Shown: positions 48,411-61,137, counted from the whole stretch's first letter. The stretch is 62,001 bases of DNA, filler included, from Sphacelaria rigidula (GCA_964200075.2; 7 parts of 7 records of this genome joined end to end with filler, not necessarily neighbours in it), one strand, 5' to 3'. Numbers and translations: made by a program. Notes: a model not told the origin generated them from the letters alone.

Positions 48411-51400
48411 CACCGAAACACGCGGCAAAGAACGGCCTTATTTGACATCCATGATCCTGCACACACACTACCAACATGGGCTCTACGCACGTCTAATATT
48501 TCCAACTTTTGACACGCATGAACCCCCAACCAATTTCAGAGATGAACTGCTCCGTAGCAGACCAACGCCGGACTCTCAGTTCTCAGACTTCACAGAGCGA
48601 CACGGTGACCACCTTCCGTGTTGTTCCATGTCTAACATATGAACGAAATGTGTTCAACCGACCAGTTACAGTTTGTAGGTCGATGGGGAGTAGTATAGCA
48701 GCTCACAAGAGTTTACCACCTTGAATTTGACCAAGGCGGCATATTTTTGTGTCGGGTCCATTCATGGGTGTCTACTCTTGGTGCTTGTACCACCGTTTTA
48801 CCGAAGTCTACAGATCCCACTGCCAAGGCTCAAGGGTCGTAAAGGGTCGTAAAGGGTCGTGTTAGAGGTCGTAAAGGGACGGTTATGACTGTCCCCCAAT
48901 AGTTTTTCAATTCTCCGAGGTTTCAATCGTGGCATAATAGACGGGTGTCGTATTGAATATGTGTTGCTGTCATGATGATGATGATCGATTGATCGTCGCG
49001 CTTCAACTGATCTCGCAGGGCTCAGCCGTGGTCACACGATACACGTACCCGAGATTAGATTATGTAAGCAAGAACGTCAAGTGTAACGTATGACTGTACG
49101 CAAGGATGTCGCCTCGTCTTCGTCTCGCACCTCTACCCCGTTACACGCCCAATTCCCCGTATTTTACAGTTCTGCTGTGGTGTAATGCATCCTACCAATT
49201 TCGAACACAACCGTAATATTTCTATCGGCAGCATCGACGCAGTGTGCATCAAGAGGCAGCGTGGCCTGATGGAGAAGGCAGTCCTTTCCCCGCGCACGTT
49301 GCAACCAACGGAGTACAGTAATTTCAAGCGCTACTTGTTGGAGCCGTACTCCGCGGCGAAGCTCATTGCAATCAAAGTTTTCCCGTTATGTCTTCCTCCG
49401 GTGTGTTACAATTCGAAGATAATACATCGTGCGGGTTGCGAATCCGTGTCAGCTACTCAGACGACATCATCACAGAAAATTGACGTTCTTATGCATGGAC
49501 CATCGTCAAAAATGCTGGGCGTACAGTACATCCAACCGATTGAGTTGAACGCACAACTATCCTCGAGACCTAGCCTGTGGTTCCGGCTCTGTATCTCTTC
49601 TTTCTACCCCCAACTGTATTGACTGGTGTAAATTTGCATGTCTTTGAAACACCATGCGCACGGGTTCCTTGCCAAAGTGTTGCGGAGGTGGTGCAATTTT
49701 GCGTGTCCTCAAACCATCATCCGCGTATACATATTACGTCGAAATAGCATCGTGGAGGAGAAGCCACGTTGTTCATCGGCTCAACCAAGGCTGCCTATTT
49801 TGATAGTGTCTCGTGCCTGCTAACGCAAGCACCACTGAAACGTGCGAAACCATCAAACGTGACATACGCAACCTCTACTGATTACTCAGCCAGAAAACAC
49901 CAAGAGGAGGCCGGAAAAGACCGAACAGCGTGATGTCGCTTCGGGAGACGTCGAGCTTACTGTCCTGCAAGTTTGATCCACGAATGTTTCTCGTCGACAC
50001 AGCACGCCATGTTGACCACTTGCCAAACACTGTCGCGCAAGGACAACCAAATATATCAGAGCGACTATCGTTCGATCGAGAAGCATATCAACAACGTGTG
50101 GCCGCCGTGCGATAAAAAAGAATGCACGCAGAACTCCTGGGTAGTATTGTACGCACGTACCTTGTAATCTTGCCTGTAACGTGCTCGAGTACACGCCTGC
50201 AGCAACGGGGGTAGGGCAGAAGTGGGAAGGACAAAGTTAGTGAACGCAAGGCATAATCGTTGGCATGAACGCTCTGTGGCTATCACGCACGGTCTGTTGT
50301 TGTTTGAAGCACGTTCGAGTTCAGGCATACTGTGCTCTTACACAAAGTGCTCGTGATGAATACTCCCCGACGGATGTTGCTTGCACTTCAACGCATAGCA
50401 CCGGGTGCCTCACGGCGTATTCAGTATACTAGAATATCCAATTGCAGGGCGAAGTTCACGTAGGTTTTATACGGACATGAAGGTGTGAACTTCTCCACCC
50501 TCTCTAAACGGAAGGCCAAGGGATCCTTCGCGATGACAGGTAGCAGGTGCAAACAAACGAATGATCTACAGCACTGTGAATACCAGCCTTGGTTCCGCCA
50601 CCACGGAGTGACCCGCCATCTCAAGCGAGCCTATCTCCTAGACACACGCACCAACACCGACGAATAACTAGCGAAAGTGGTGTCGAACACCGAACACATG
50701 GACCTCGAAAGTGTAATCCCTCGTGAAACTATTATTGTAAAGTACATTCACGAACCAGGGGACAGTACTCACCGATAGACTTCTTGGCAACTGTGACTTC
50801 AGACGGTTCTTCTGGGATATGCATGTTTCCCTTCTCAACGTCCGACGGCAGTACTACGTGTTAATGCTACGGGAAAGAGTGCACCTCGGTAGAAGCAAAA
50901 CCCCTTGCCCTGCAGCCAGTACGGACTTGAAGGCCTGGAGTACCCTTGACCAGCCCGTCCACACCGCAGCTGCCACAGTCAGCATCCCTTCCCATGCCAT
51001 GGTTGTCGCTAGGCTTGCTGTGTACGGGAGCATGGTTGGGATGGTGATTTTACGGGAGAAGATATTGGTATGACAAATCGTCGAAAGTAAACAAGCGGGA
51101 CATGGTCGATGGACGATAAAAAGTACCAAAGGTATATGCGTGAAGGTGGGGTTAGGATTATGTCTAGGGCTGTTACATATGTCAAGCCTAAAGGTCGAAG
51201 TCATTCGGGGCAGTTCTTGAAGTACTGCACGTTTCCGTGGTGATGTTGTTCTTGTAGCCGAGCTATACCCGTAACAACTTTCATTGGCTCTATACCAATG
51301 TAGTGGTGTTCGCGAGTCGTGCTCATTATGACGGGAGTGACGATATGCAAGCAAGTGTATTTCTTAATGGGTACATCCATGCGCGCGGCCTGGGTTGAGA

Positions 51401-53130
51401 GAAAACGGTCTGAATCGTTCAGAAGTTGGAATATGGTACACAACGTTTCGCGGAGACAGAAGCCGTCCTGGCCTGCGCCATAAACAGGAGGCTGCTGCGT
51501 CAAGAGCGGCCAATCAAAGAGCCGCCACCGCTGACACAACAACAGGAAAACTCGCGAGGAATCTAGAGTGGAAACGGCTGAGAGAGGGGCCCGTTCTGTA
51601 CCCGACGAGGGATGAGTGGGGGAAGCGAGGTCAACACGGAACCGATTCATCCCTGTCTCCTCTACCGGGTTGTTGACTTGTCCGTGACTTGCGGCCTCGT
51701 GATGGTCCTGGTTGTGCCCCCTGTGAATGCCCTACGTTGCCCCTGAGTTCCATCGCTCCCGTGTGCTTCCTTCGCTCTGTCCTCCGTTTCGATCTCTTTT
51801 TATCTCTCGTCAACTATATCATCTCAGTGCTATGCAGTAGTAATTCAGTGCCTTGCTTCCGTCGGGCTCATGGGTGAGTAAGAGCAAGCCCATCATGTCC
51901 GAACAACATGATCCGAAGTGGATGGGCCGCAATCTGCGCCCTCGAGCTTTAGTTTTCCTATGTGTACAGTACGCAACACGTGCTGGAGATCTCGTGGTTG
52001 AGAATGCCAACCTGGGATCTATTGAAATTCAGGAATTAACAGGTAAGGGTCTGTGCTAACCTCGGGGAAAATCAACAATTGAAAACCGGGAAGGGCGAGG
52101 GGGTCGGCCGGTATGAATCTGTCTGAATGCACTGTACCCCAGAATGATTGGAAACTGCCCAAACATCCCCCAAGGCCACATCAGACGCCGAACAAGCTAC
52201 CTCTCTCCTATCCAAAACGGTCCTCCCAGGTGACGCTTATCAATTGAAGAGTAAAACCGCCAAAACGTTTCTTTCCCCTCTGCAAGCAAGCATCGACATA
52301 AATATAGCAACACCGTTCCTTCAGCTTTTCTTGTCGATGCGGTGGCCTCATCACTCGTAAGAACCAGGGGCGCACGAAAGAAGCGGACGACTACCTTGTG
52401 CATCTTGAACAAGATCACAGTATGCGTGGCATGAAGCTACCGTAAGATGCATGAAGCACGGAAACAAGCGCGGCGGTGAGCAGGTGGCTTTAACTAGAGC
52501 CTAATGACACAGAGCAGACTGGGGGTGCAGCCGGAGGGGGCGTACTCATTTGTTGCTTGCCTTAGTCATTTGACCATTGACCACGCATCCCTTTCGGGAC
52601 GGAGCACCCAGGTGCAGCTGGAGGGGGGGGGAGAACAGTCAGCGGGGAGATTCAGAAGCAGGTGGAGAAAAACTGGCGGTCAGTAGTGTGTGTAGTGTAG
52701 GCCGTGTCGATTGAATAGATGTTATGCCTATACAGTACAGTGCTACGGTAGTATAGTACAGGAGTCATTGCCCGTGCGGCACGACGAACGTCGATTCCTC
52801 CTGCAGTCCTGAACAGCATCACTTCTGAGCAACATCTGGTGGGTCATGAGTGGGACATGTTATGTGGAAGAAAAACATTGTTGACTACCGCTAAAGTAAA
52901 AGATATCGCGCAGAACGCCTTTGTCAAAACAAGAATTTGAACTTCAATGATGAATTACGCGTTTTGCATCTCTTCGCAAAATGAGAAATTGGATTCGAGC
53001 ATTTTTGGCGAAATCAGAGAAGGAACAAGGAGCGACCCTCAGCCAAGCAGAATCTGCTTAACATGTGTCGCGTACTGTATGGGTGCATGTGTTTTTGCGC
53101 ACGTCCTTTTCTCAGCTCTAGCCATGCTAC

Positions 53131-53230
53131 NNNNNNNNNNNNNNNNNNNNNNNNNNNNNNNNNNNNNNNNNNNNTTAATTAATTAANNNNNNNNNNNNNN
53201 NNNNNNNNNNNNNNNNNNNNNNNNNNNNNN
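53131..53230. other. Artificial contig-join spacer
   Basis: N44-TTAATTAATTAA-N44. Confidence 0.98.
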
Positions 53231-53525
53231 GGGCGCGGCGGGGTGGGGGCGAGGCCTTCTCGGTGCCGTGTCCGGGTTGGTGTGGCCGCCGCAGGGGGGG
53301 GGGGGGGGGGGGGGGCAGAGGGAATGTTATGAATGACAGGAGTGACCATGGAGAACTAACTCGCCATGTTTTTTGCACGTGAGCAGATATATGAGCTGAC
53401 CTCCGACGGGGATGACAAAACTGACCGACCGAGCCATAAACCCAATAACAGCAGCAATATTGTAACATACAAGAAAGAAGGACGAGGAACAACGAGGCAG
53501 ACACAAGCACACAGACCGCACAAAC

Positions 53526-53615
53526 CTTCGGCGCGGATGTGGCTCCTGCTCCTCCTTGCGATTGTGCGCCTCCCCTGAATTGGCTTTGCAACTGCAGCAT
53601 CACCGCGTCATCCTT
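53526..53615 (-). CDS. SAP-domain protein, exon C
   Basis: aacag|AAG GAT GAC...CCG AAG|gtttgt, 90 bp, phase 0/0. Encodes KDDAVMLQLQSQFRGGAQSQGGAGATSAPK. Confidence 0.6.
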
Positions 53616-54094
53616 CTGTTGGTTTGTTATTCCATCGTTACATGAAAGAAAAAATATATAAGCGTCATGGTTTCAACTATAGCAGCAGCGACAACAAAAA
53701 AGGAGCAAAACATATAAATATAGTACACCTCGCACGAACAAACAAACGTGGAAAGCATGGTTGAAATTAACATATGAAAATATGTTGTCAACACTGCTTT
53801 TCGATTATTGTTTTTGAAAATAGCCGAAAAGCCGCAAAATGTGGTATATAGAAACAAAGTGACACATACTGGACAATGAGAACGGACACACTGGACACAA
53901 GTCTACAGCATTCAGTATCCAATATTGAATATTGCGTGTATTGTCAAATCACGTTGGCAAAAAAGTGCATTACTGCGTACAGTATCGGGCATTGCAAGGT
54001 TTTACTCTGTAGGGTATATGTATATGCCGAACCACACCGGTTTGGTCGGTGCACATGTCGGTATGGCTTGGTGTGTGCGTGTGTGTGTGTGTGT

Positions 54095-54250
54095 GTGAAA
54101 ATGTTGTCATCCCATCTATTCTGGACGCCAGACTACACCTTTCGGTAGATGTCGGCTCACCAGCCGGGTTCACAGGACAAAGCTCAACAGAAGTGTTTTC
54201 CGTTTTTGTTTGTTTCACTTCTCCACCGTCCTTCTGCGGTGCTCACCAAA
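54095..54250 (-). mobile_element. SINE body (family of 2240-2480)
   Basis: CCCATCTATTCTGGACGCC...TACACCTTTCGGTA...CCTTCTGCGGTGCT. Confidence 0.65.
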
Positions 54251-54300
54251 ATCTCCCCATTTCCTGATACACCCTACAGAACCCCGATGTTGGAACATTA

Positions 54301-54537
54301 CAAGGGTGTGTTGGGTAAGATATTTTCTACAGTAGGGTACTCTGAAAAATCGTACTGTAAATACCCCGACTGAGGTAGAGCATCGAGATCGTACTTGACG
54401 TTGCTCAGATATTGGATAGAGTATTGCGTTCGTACCCGACTCTACCCATAATTGGGTCGGGTCTGGAGATTGGACAACCGCAACACAAATTCGGGAGAGT
54501 AAAAACCCGGAATTTTACCTTCCCCGAGACATCCTTG
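54301..54537. mobile_element. MITE with CAAGG...CCTTG termini
   Basis: CAAGGGTGTGTTGGG ... CCCGAGACATCCTTG imperfect TIR. Confidence 0.5.
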
Positions 54538-54927
54538 AAACATTGCGTCTATTACAATGCACGCAATATTCGATACTGTACGCAGTACACTTTTTGCCAA
54601 TGTAAATATATCACAGGTCGGACAGATCATGATCCGTCTGAAACAACTAATAAAAAACAAGACTCTCTGACCCATTGGTCCGAAAAATACAACATATGTG
54701 ACCGCGGAGTCGGAGAAACCAAAAGCGCAACCTTTGCGCTACTCGGCGTGCTCGGCATCCGGCGCTGTAGTGTAGCAAACATGGAAAAGGGGGTGCTGTA
54801 GGGAGAAAGAACAAGATATGTGACCGCGGAGCCAGAAAAGCCGAGGTGTGTTCACCACTTGGTCGATTAAGAAATTCGAAATATTGAAATTCTGAAAAAT
54901 TTCGGAACATTTTTAAAAAAAAATAAC

Positions 54928-55120
54928 GCTCACCCTAACCCTAACCTCGGCCCAAGGCATACCGAGAGCCCTCGGGCGAGGGGGGTGTGAAGCGTTCCCT
55001 AGACAAAGTGTGGCGTTGGCAGATCTCAAAACGGCGCCGAAAACACGTTCTGCGCACGCCAGGGGCAGCAGCTCCGCTAAAGATCCGAATGTCGGTGTTT
55101 AGACTCGAATCAAGGAATAA
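54928..55120 (+). repeat. Dispersed repeat with telomere-like (CCCTAA)2
   Basis: CTCACCCTAACCCTAACCTCGGCCCAAGGCATACCGAGA...CTAAAGATCCGAATGTCGGTGT. Confidence 0.6.
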
Positions 55121-55734
55121 AATTCCGGGAAGGTTCTAATCGACCAAGTGGTAAAACCGCTGGAAAAGTCAAAAGCGCAACCTGTTCGCTACTCGGGGTG
55201 CTCGGCGTCCGGCACGGTAGGGATCACGATCCGGGTCAGTATACTGACAGGGAATAATTTTCAGATAGATCATCATCTATCCGACGTGTGAACTATTTTG
55301 TCCAGGGCGTACACAACAAAGGTGCAGCGCGTAGCACGATTGAACGCATAAAAAACCATTCTCTAATGTTCCCTGAAAATAAACAGTTATCTGCCGTGCA
55401 TGACTCCCCACTCTCCGTACTCGAACGTGTGCGTCAGCCAGTCCTACACATAATGTGTGCGTTCTTTTGTAGGTGTGCTCTGCTAGCTCACGCTCTGTAT
55501 TACGGCTCACCCCCGCACACGCACTGCTTGATTTACAGAACGGCGACCTACATCAAATGTAGGTCCATTTACCATACTGTGACACAGGAATATCATCTAT
55601 TGTAGGGCCATCCCGTTTTCATGTTCTCCCTGATATCATCTTGTTGCTTTTTTTTAAAGCCTTCGCCTATGAAAACATGCGGCGGGGTTTGGCCACGATC
55701 TTGTTCTCTCTTATCCATCACTATTCTAAATTTC

Positions 55735-55893
55735 AAAAGACGCACTTGAGGTACTCAAATTAGGGTAGAGTGTTAGGAGTCCTACCCAAAAAATAACTGG
55801 AAATCGATCCCTAAAACCCTACCCCCAACCTGTGTACTTCAAGTACGACTTTCAAAATACCCCGCAATTGAGTATACTCTACTCGACCTTCCT
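55735..55893 (+). mobile_element. MITE fragment, inverted homologue of 57134-57295
   Basis: About 160 bp of clear reverse-complement similarity. Confidence 0.7.
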
Positions 55894-57131
55894 TCGGATA
55901 TGTTTCCGCCCATTCATTTTTTTGTTCTTCACCTTGGGTACAGTAGTACATACATATAGTACGCATGTTTTGGCGATATTTGACCATGATTGGAGTCGTA
56001 GATGTTCGATTAATGTTCGGCAATCAAATCAACGCATATATATATACATAAATCAACCGAGCAAAGGTGTTTAGGGTACCACTACCTTGGGGAAATGGCG
56101 GCTTATGTATCTCTCCAGAGTGATGATTTTTTTCCCAACCGAGGTTTTGCCAGCAAACAACAACGGTAGAGATGTACATGAGGCTCCAAAAATCGGCCCG
56201 ATGTGACTGATCTTTGCTACAAAGTGATGCATACGTATATCACGATATATCAAGTCTCATGTCTCCACTTCCCATGTGAAGAGCAACAAAATTGGCCCGA
56301 TGTGACGACCGACGACCGTGATACATCGATATGTCATTATAGGCTGAGTGAAACGGCGGTTATGCCCCACCTTGTCGCTGGATATTGGAGAGTATCGGAA
56401 AACGCTTGTTTTTGTCATATCAGAGTGCAAATATCTCGAATTCTGAGTGTAACGAAAAACTAGTCCCCCCCTCCGTCAAACGCGGTATCCTCTTAACTTT
56501 CTTCGATGAGTTTTTATTTTATTTTATGCTGCTGTCTAATCCTGAGATATTTGCACTCTGAAATGAAAAAAAAAAAAAAAATCGAAACCTCTCTTAGAAA
56601 GCTTCGGGAAAAAAAAAACTGAACTCAGGGATAAGAGAAAAACGGGTGGGTTGTTTAGAGGCTTTAAACCCCTGTTTGTTTTTATTTTTTCTTCACCAGG
56701 TAGGTGTGGACGGTGGCCAACTTTTCAGGACCCTCTAGTTCAAGTTGATCAAGTTCGACACGCAGGAGGCATTGATACACTAATTAACTGATCGCAAGGT
56801 TTGGACGAATCATGGCTGATTCGAATCACCAAATCCACGATTTTTGGAGCCTAATTGCTCGAAAGGGAAAAACAAAGTTGACCGCGGGTCGAGAAGGTCG
56901 CCACGCAGTTTTTGCGGCATTCGACGTGCCTGTATTGTGCGCGTACCTTGAGAGCGACGCTTTAAGCAAATCCCAAGCATTGATTCGTACGGTACGAATC
57001 AATTAGACTAACATCATGTGATTTCTAGACGAATCATTAACTCTTCCAACCCTTGAGTGATTGATCATCGAACATGGACTGTTCCCCGGCAAAATGTGGT
57101 CAAAAGTTGAAATAGAAAAATGGCAAGGTTG

Positions 57132-57341
57132 CAAGGGCAGGTCGAGTAGAGCATACTCAATTGCGGGGTATTTTGAAAGTCATGCTTCAAGTACACAGGT
57201 TGGAGGTAGGGTTTTAGGGATCGTTTTCCAGTTATTTTTTGGGCACGACTCCTTATACTCTACCCTCATTTGAGTACCTCAAGTGCGTCTTTCAAAATAC
57301 CCCGCAGTTGAGTATACTCTACAATACTCGATCTGCCCTTA
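57132..57341. mobile_element. MITE
   Basis: TIR CAAGGGCAGGTCGAGTA ... TACTCGATCTGCCCTTA. Confidence 0.7.
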
Positions 57342-57516
57342 AAATATTCATTATTTGATAGAGGAATCTCGATATCCGACAGCAAGTACCTCCCGAGATA
57401 GGTATAACAGACAAAAAAGACAACCTGAGGGGAAACGCAATCATTTTTTTAGCGTAATTAGGGGAAAACAAAAATAATGGAAAACAGAGAGCACGACGGA
57501 ACGATAACGAACGCAC

Positions 57517-57642
57517 CGTGAGCTGCCTGACGAGTTGCGATTTTGTGCCGTCACCCTTGAGACCCCTGGCAAGACTCGCGTGTTTGAGGTCTTCTTCGGT
57601 CATACTCTTGTACTCCGCCTCCGCTTTTTCAAGCACAGACAC
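57517..57642 (-). CDS. SAP-domain protein, exon B (complete SAP motif)
   Basis: tgccag|GTG...ACG|gtgcgt, 126 bp, phase 0/0. Contains YKSMTEEDLKHASLARGLKGDGTKSQLVRQL. Confidence 0.85.
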
Positions 57643-58503
57643 CTGGCAGACAGCAGAAACAAACAAACAAATAAAAAAAGACCCAACATTACCGCCATCA
57701 CTCGAAAGCCACAACGATCAGGTCAACTCTGTACCACAAATGATTGATTGGTTTGACTCGATTGTGGCGATTTAATTCATGCGCCGGGGATCCAGCTAGC
57801 TGCGTTCACTCGATAGAGGTAGTCGAGACAAATCACTGCTGAAACACTTGTCGAAGGAAAATGAAGAGAACAGAAACAAATGGGGACACCAAGGAGGAAG
57901 AAAAATTACCGCACCATGGCGATATCGAGGGTCAGTAATTGCACTACCGCCAACGTCTCAGCGACGGCGAGATGATGAATAATCACCGACAATGGATGAT
58001 GACAGAATGGCGATATAACAGCAAGAACAGCAGCAGCCGTAGCATGGCCACCAATACTAACAACAACAATAGGAGCTGCAGCAACGAAAAAGCAACACAG
58101 TACTAACCATCACAACCCCAATTACCACCCCCGCCCGATAATCACTGATCCAACTTCCTTTTTTCTTGTTTTAGGTCGGCCATTTCCTTCTGTGCTTCGC
58201 TTGTATTGACTTTCTTGTTACTTTTTCTTTTTCGTCACGACTTAGTCTACTATGTCATTCTGTTCGACCCCTCTTTTTTTTTTTTCCTTTCTGTTCCATT
58301 TTTTTTTTTTTTCTCAGAGCATGTTTCAGTTTCGTTCTTCTTGGGCACGTCCATCATGCGACCACGGCTGGACCCCTGGGGGGGTCAGTTCAAGTGTGAT
58401 GATCAATCAATCAATCAATCAACAGCTGAAAACGAAAACAAAAAACAACGGCAGCAGCAGCAGCAACAACAACAACAGCAACAGAGATGAGTGTAAAACC
58501 CAC

Positions 58504-58563
58504 CTTTCCTCGAATCCTGGCCAGAAGATCCGCCTTTTTCCCAACAGTCTTCATGCCTTTTTC
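58504..58563 (-). CDS. SAP-domain protein, exon A (second half of a SAP motif)
   Basis: ctgcag|GAA...AAG|gtgggt, 60 bp, phase 0/0. Encodes EKGMKTVGKKADLLARIRGK. Confidence 0.8.
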
Positions 58564-59549
58564 CTGCAGCCCCACCGAAACGTCAAAACGCAAATATACA
58601 CGTCGGACACCTCACCAGGTTATCCCAGCCCTGCGGAATGAATGACCCATCAAATGGAAATACGAGCTAGGCCGGCCGAGATCCGGATTTAAGCTCTCAG
58701 AGCAATATCTCATCAACACAGACAAGTTGGGTCGTGATCTGCATGCCGTATGAATCGCCTGATCATGGGGGAAGGTGCCCATGTGCTCAAAAGTCTGGGC
58801 TATTATTTATCGCTGAGTAAATCCCATGCCTAGTAATTCCTGTACCGTGCGGAAACGGCGTTCATACTCAACGCTTTGTGAAACCCCAGACGGTATATGC
58901 AGGGGATGATGACGATTTTTGGTGTGGATATTCCCTGGAGCACGGGGAAGCGATCGATACCCCCACTTCTGCCTAATTTGTTATCTGTGTCGAGATATGG
59001 CGCATATAATATTCTATACTAAAATCAATATAATCCGGGCGGAGGCACTTCATGCACTAAATCTTCATGTTACGTCTCAGTTTTTGAGAGTTGTGCTTTG
59101 AAATATCGTATGGAGAATCGATTGTGCATAACGAAAAAAAAATAACCGTTCTTCGTTTTTCTTCATTTTCTTGCTGAAGGGGAGTTCTGAGGAAAAATGG
59201 ACAATGCTATCGGACTTCATCTCAGTTCTTAGCTCAAGTTTCAGAGTTGAGATTCGAAACTTATCATGGATAGTTGCAAAGGCATGCCGAAGAAAAAAAA
59301 AATGGGCCCTTCATTCTCTTTTTGGAGAGGTATGGACCTTCTCGTGAAAACAATATATTTAATACACTCTAGCGTCCTAAGCAAGTCAATCTCTCTCTCT
59401 AGATATATCACCCTTTCCCACTTTTTTTGGGTGGCTATGGCCTGGCGAGGTCCCACATGAAGCTTAAAAACACAAGTACCAAACCTAGACCGGTAAATGG
59501 CCTGGAAAATATTGCTCCGAATTTCGTCCAGTCCGGTTTCTAAATCGCC

Positions 59550-59826
59550 GCCCCGTCTCACCTCAATTTTACGCGTTGGACTTCGAAGTTTGGTACGGAG
59601 TAAAAATAGGGCATGCTCAACCGCTGTCGATCGGGACGAGGAGTTTTTTTTTTTCTTTCCGTGAGTTAACGGTATTTCCCTGAAATCTGGATACTGATTA
59701 TTGCCATTAACTTACGGGGGAAAGAAAAAAAAATGCTCGCCCCGATCGATAGCGCTTTAGAATGCCCTATTCTTCCTCCGTATCAAATTTCGAAGTGTAA
59801 CTTGCAAAATTGAGGTGAGACGGGGC
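59550..59826. mobile_element. MITE with ~90-bp inverted arms
   Basis: GCCCCGTCTCACCTCAATTTT ... AAAATTGAGGTGAGACGGGGC (21 bp perfect, then imperfect). Confidence 0.8.
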
Positions 59827-61137
59827 CCTGCAAACCACAAATTCGCGTCTTGGCCTGCCCAGCCTGTAGGTACCGCGGAATTATACCGTATAACTCAGCC
59901 AGTGATATATATATATATAGAGAGAGAGAAGCTGATTCATACCGTGTAACTCATCAACTGGAAGTAGATACCGCTGAGTTACACCGTACAACCAAATGCT
60001 GACGCGTGCAAAAATTAGTTGACTAGAATTGAGATAAATTGAGTTGCCTCACGTGTGAACAGTTCCCCCCCCCCCCCCCCCCCCCAAACAAAAAACAGCG
60101 AGATGTGAGGACGGAAAAATGGGACAAAGCATAGCCATCAAACGCACGAAACATCATTGCAGGTTTGGGGCATACATGCCGACGCGCCCTAGCGATCTTA
60201 TTCATGTATACTTTAGCAGCCAATCGGCGGAAACGTCGCGGATGCCTATCCCGAGAGACACGATCTTACGGAGGGTTCCTCACCCTCAGACAGCGACCCC
60301 CCCCCCCTCCGGTTGGCAGGCATGATCATGAGTACACCCCCTCCGGTTGACTGAGTTGGACTATGCCATATTTGGGTTCAGAGCGGCTCTTTTTTCGGTA
60401 CACAGACGCCTCTTTCGAACAAGTGGATCTTCGGCATCTCTTCAGAAAGTATTGCCCGAGAACGCTTGACCAGTTTTAATCCTGTTGCCTTTTGCGTGCG
60501 GAGTCAGCATGTGTGCTATATATCTTCGCTGGGTACCACGGCAACAAACAGTGAGAGTTCCATCGCTCTCTACTCAACACAGTCTACTGCATGCTGCTGA
60601 TGTCTCTGCCTAGCGTTCCACAACAACACTACACACAGTGCGAAGTTATGCTGGTAACACATGAGGGGTCAGGCAGACGGCATAGACCATGAGCAGAGTA
60701 AAAAGCACGTAATATACGCTCATGTAATCTATGGTTGAATTACCTTGACAAAAATTAGAAATATGGCTAGACAGCGAAGTGGTTCACCCGTAGTCCATCT
60801 GTAGGGGAACAAAGTGACCATTTTGACAACCGTGATCGGTCAGCATGGTCATTCCATGGTCATTCCGCTTCTCTGGGGCCTCGTTCCTGTTTCAGAATCT
60901 TCCGCGGGAAACTTTCAGACACACAGGGTTGATTTCGTGAGCTTTCCGGTTACTCTGCGGATAGAGACGCACACACCGTTCAAAAACTATCGCCCCCACC
61001 CCCTGAAAAGACCCGGTGTCTCCTGACTGTCAGCCTGTGAAATTATTCCAAGGCGACGCTCGCTGTCTAGGGATTGAAGCCTTTCGGGATCGGAGTGGGT
61101 TAACCGGGGGGTGAGGGTCTACTGTGAACCGGCATAA

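Noticed and set aside
49355..49405. Minus-strand GRHNGKT Walker-A/terminase-like motif
   Set aside because: It sits in a short frame flanked by stops, with no Walker B or other support.
58616..58630. 15-bp micro-exon (GWDNL) upstream of SAP exon A
   Set aside because: It would need a 52-bp intron and does not supply the expected first SAP helix.
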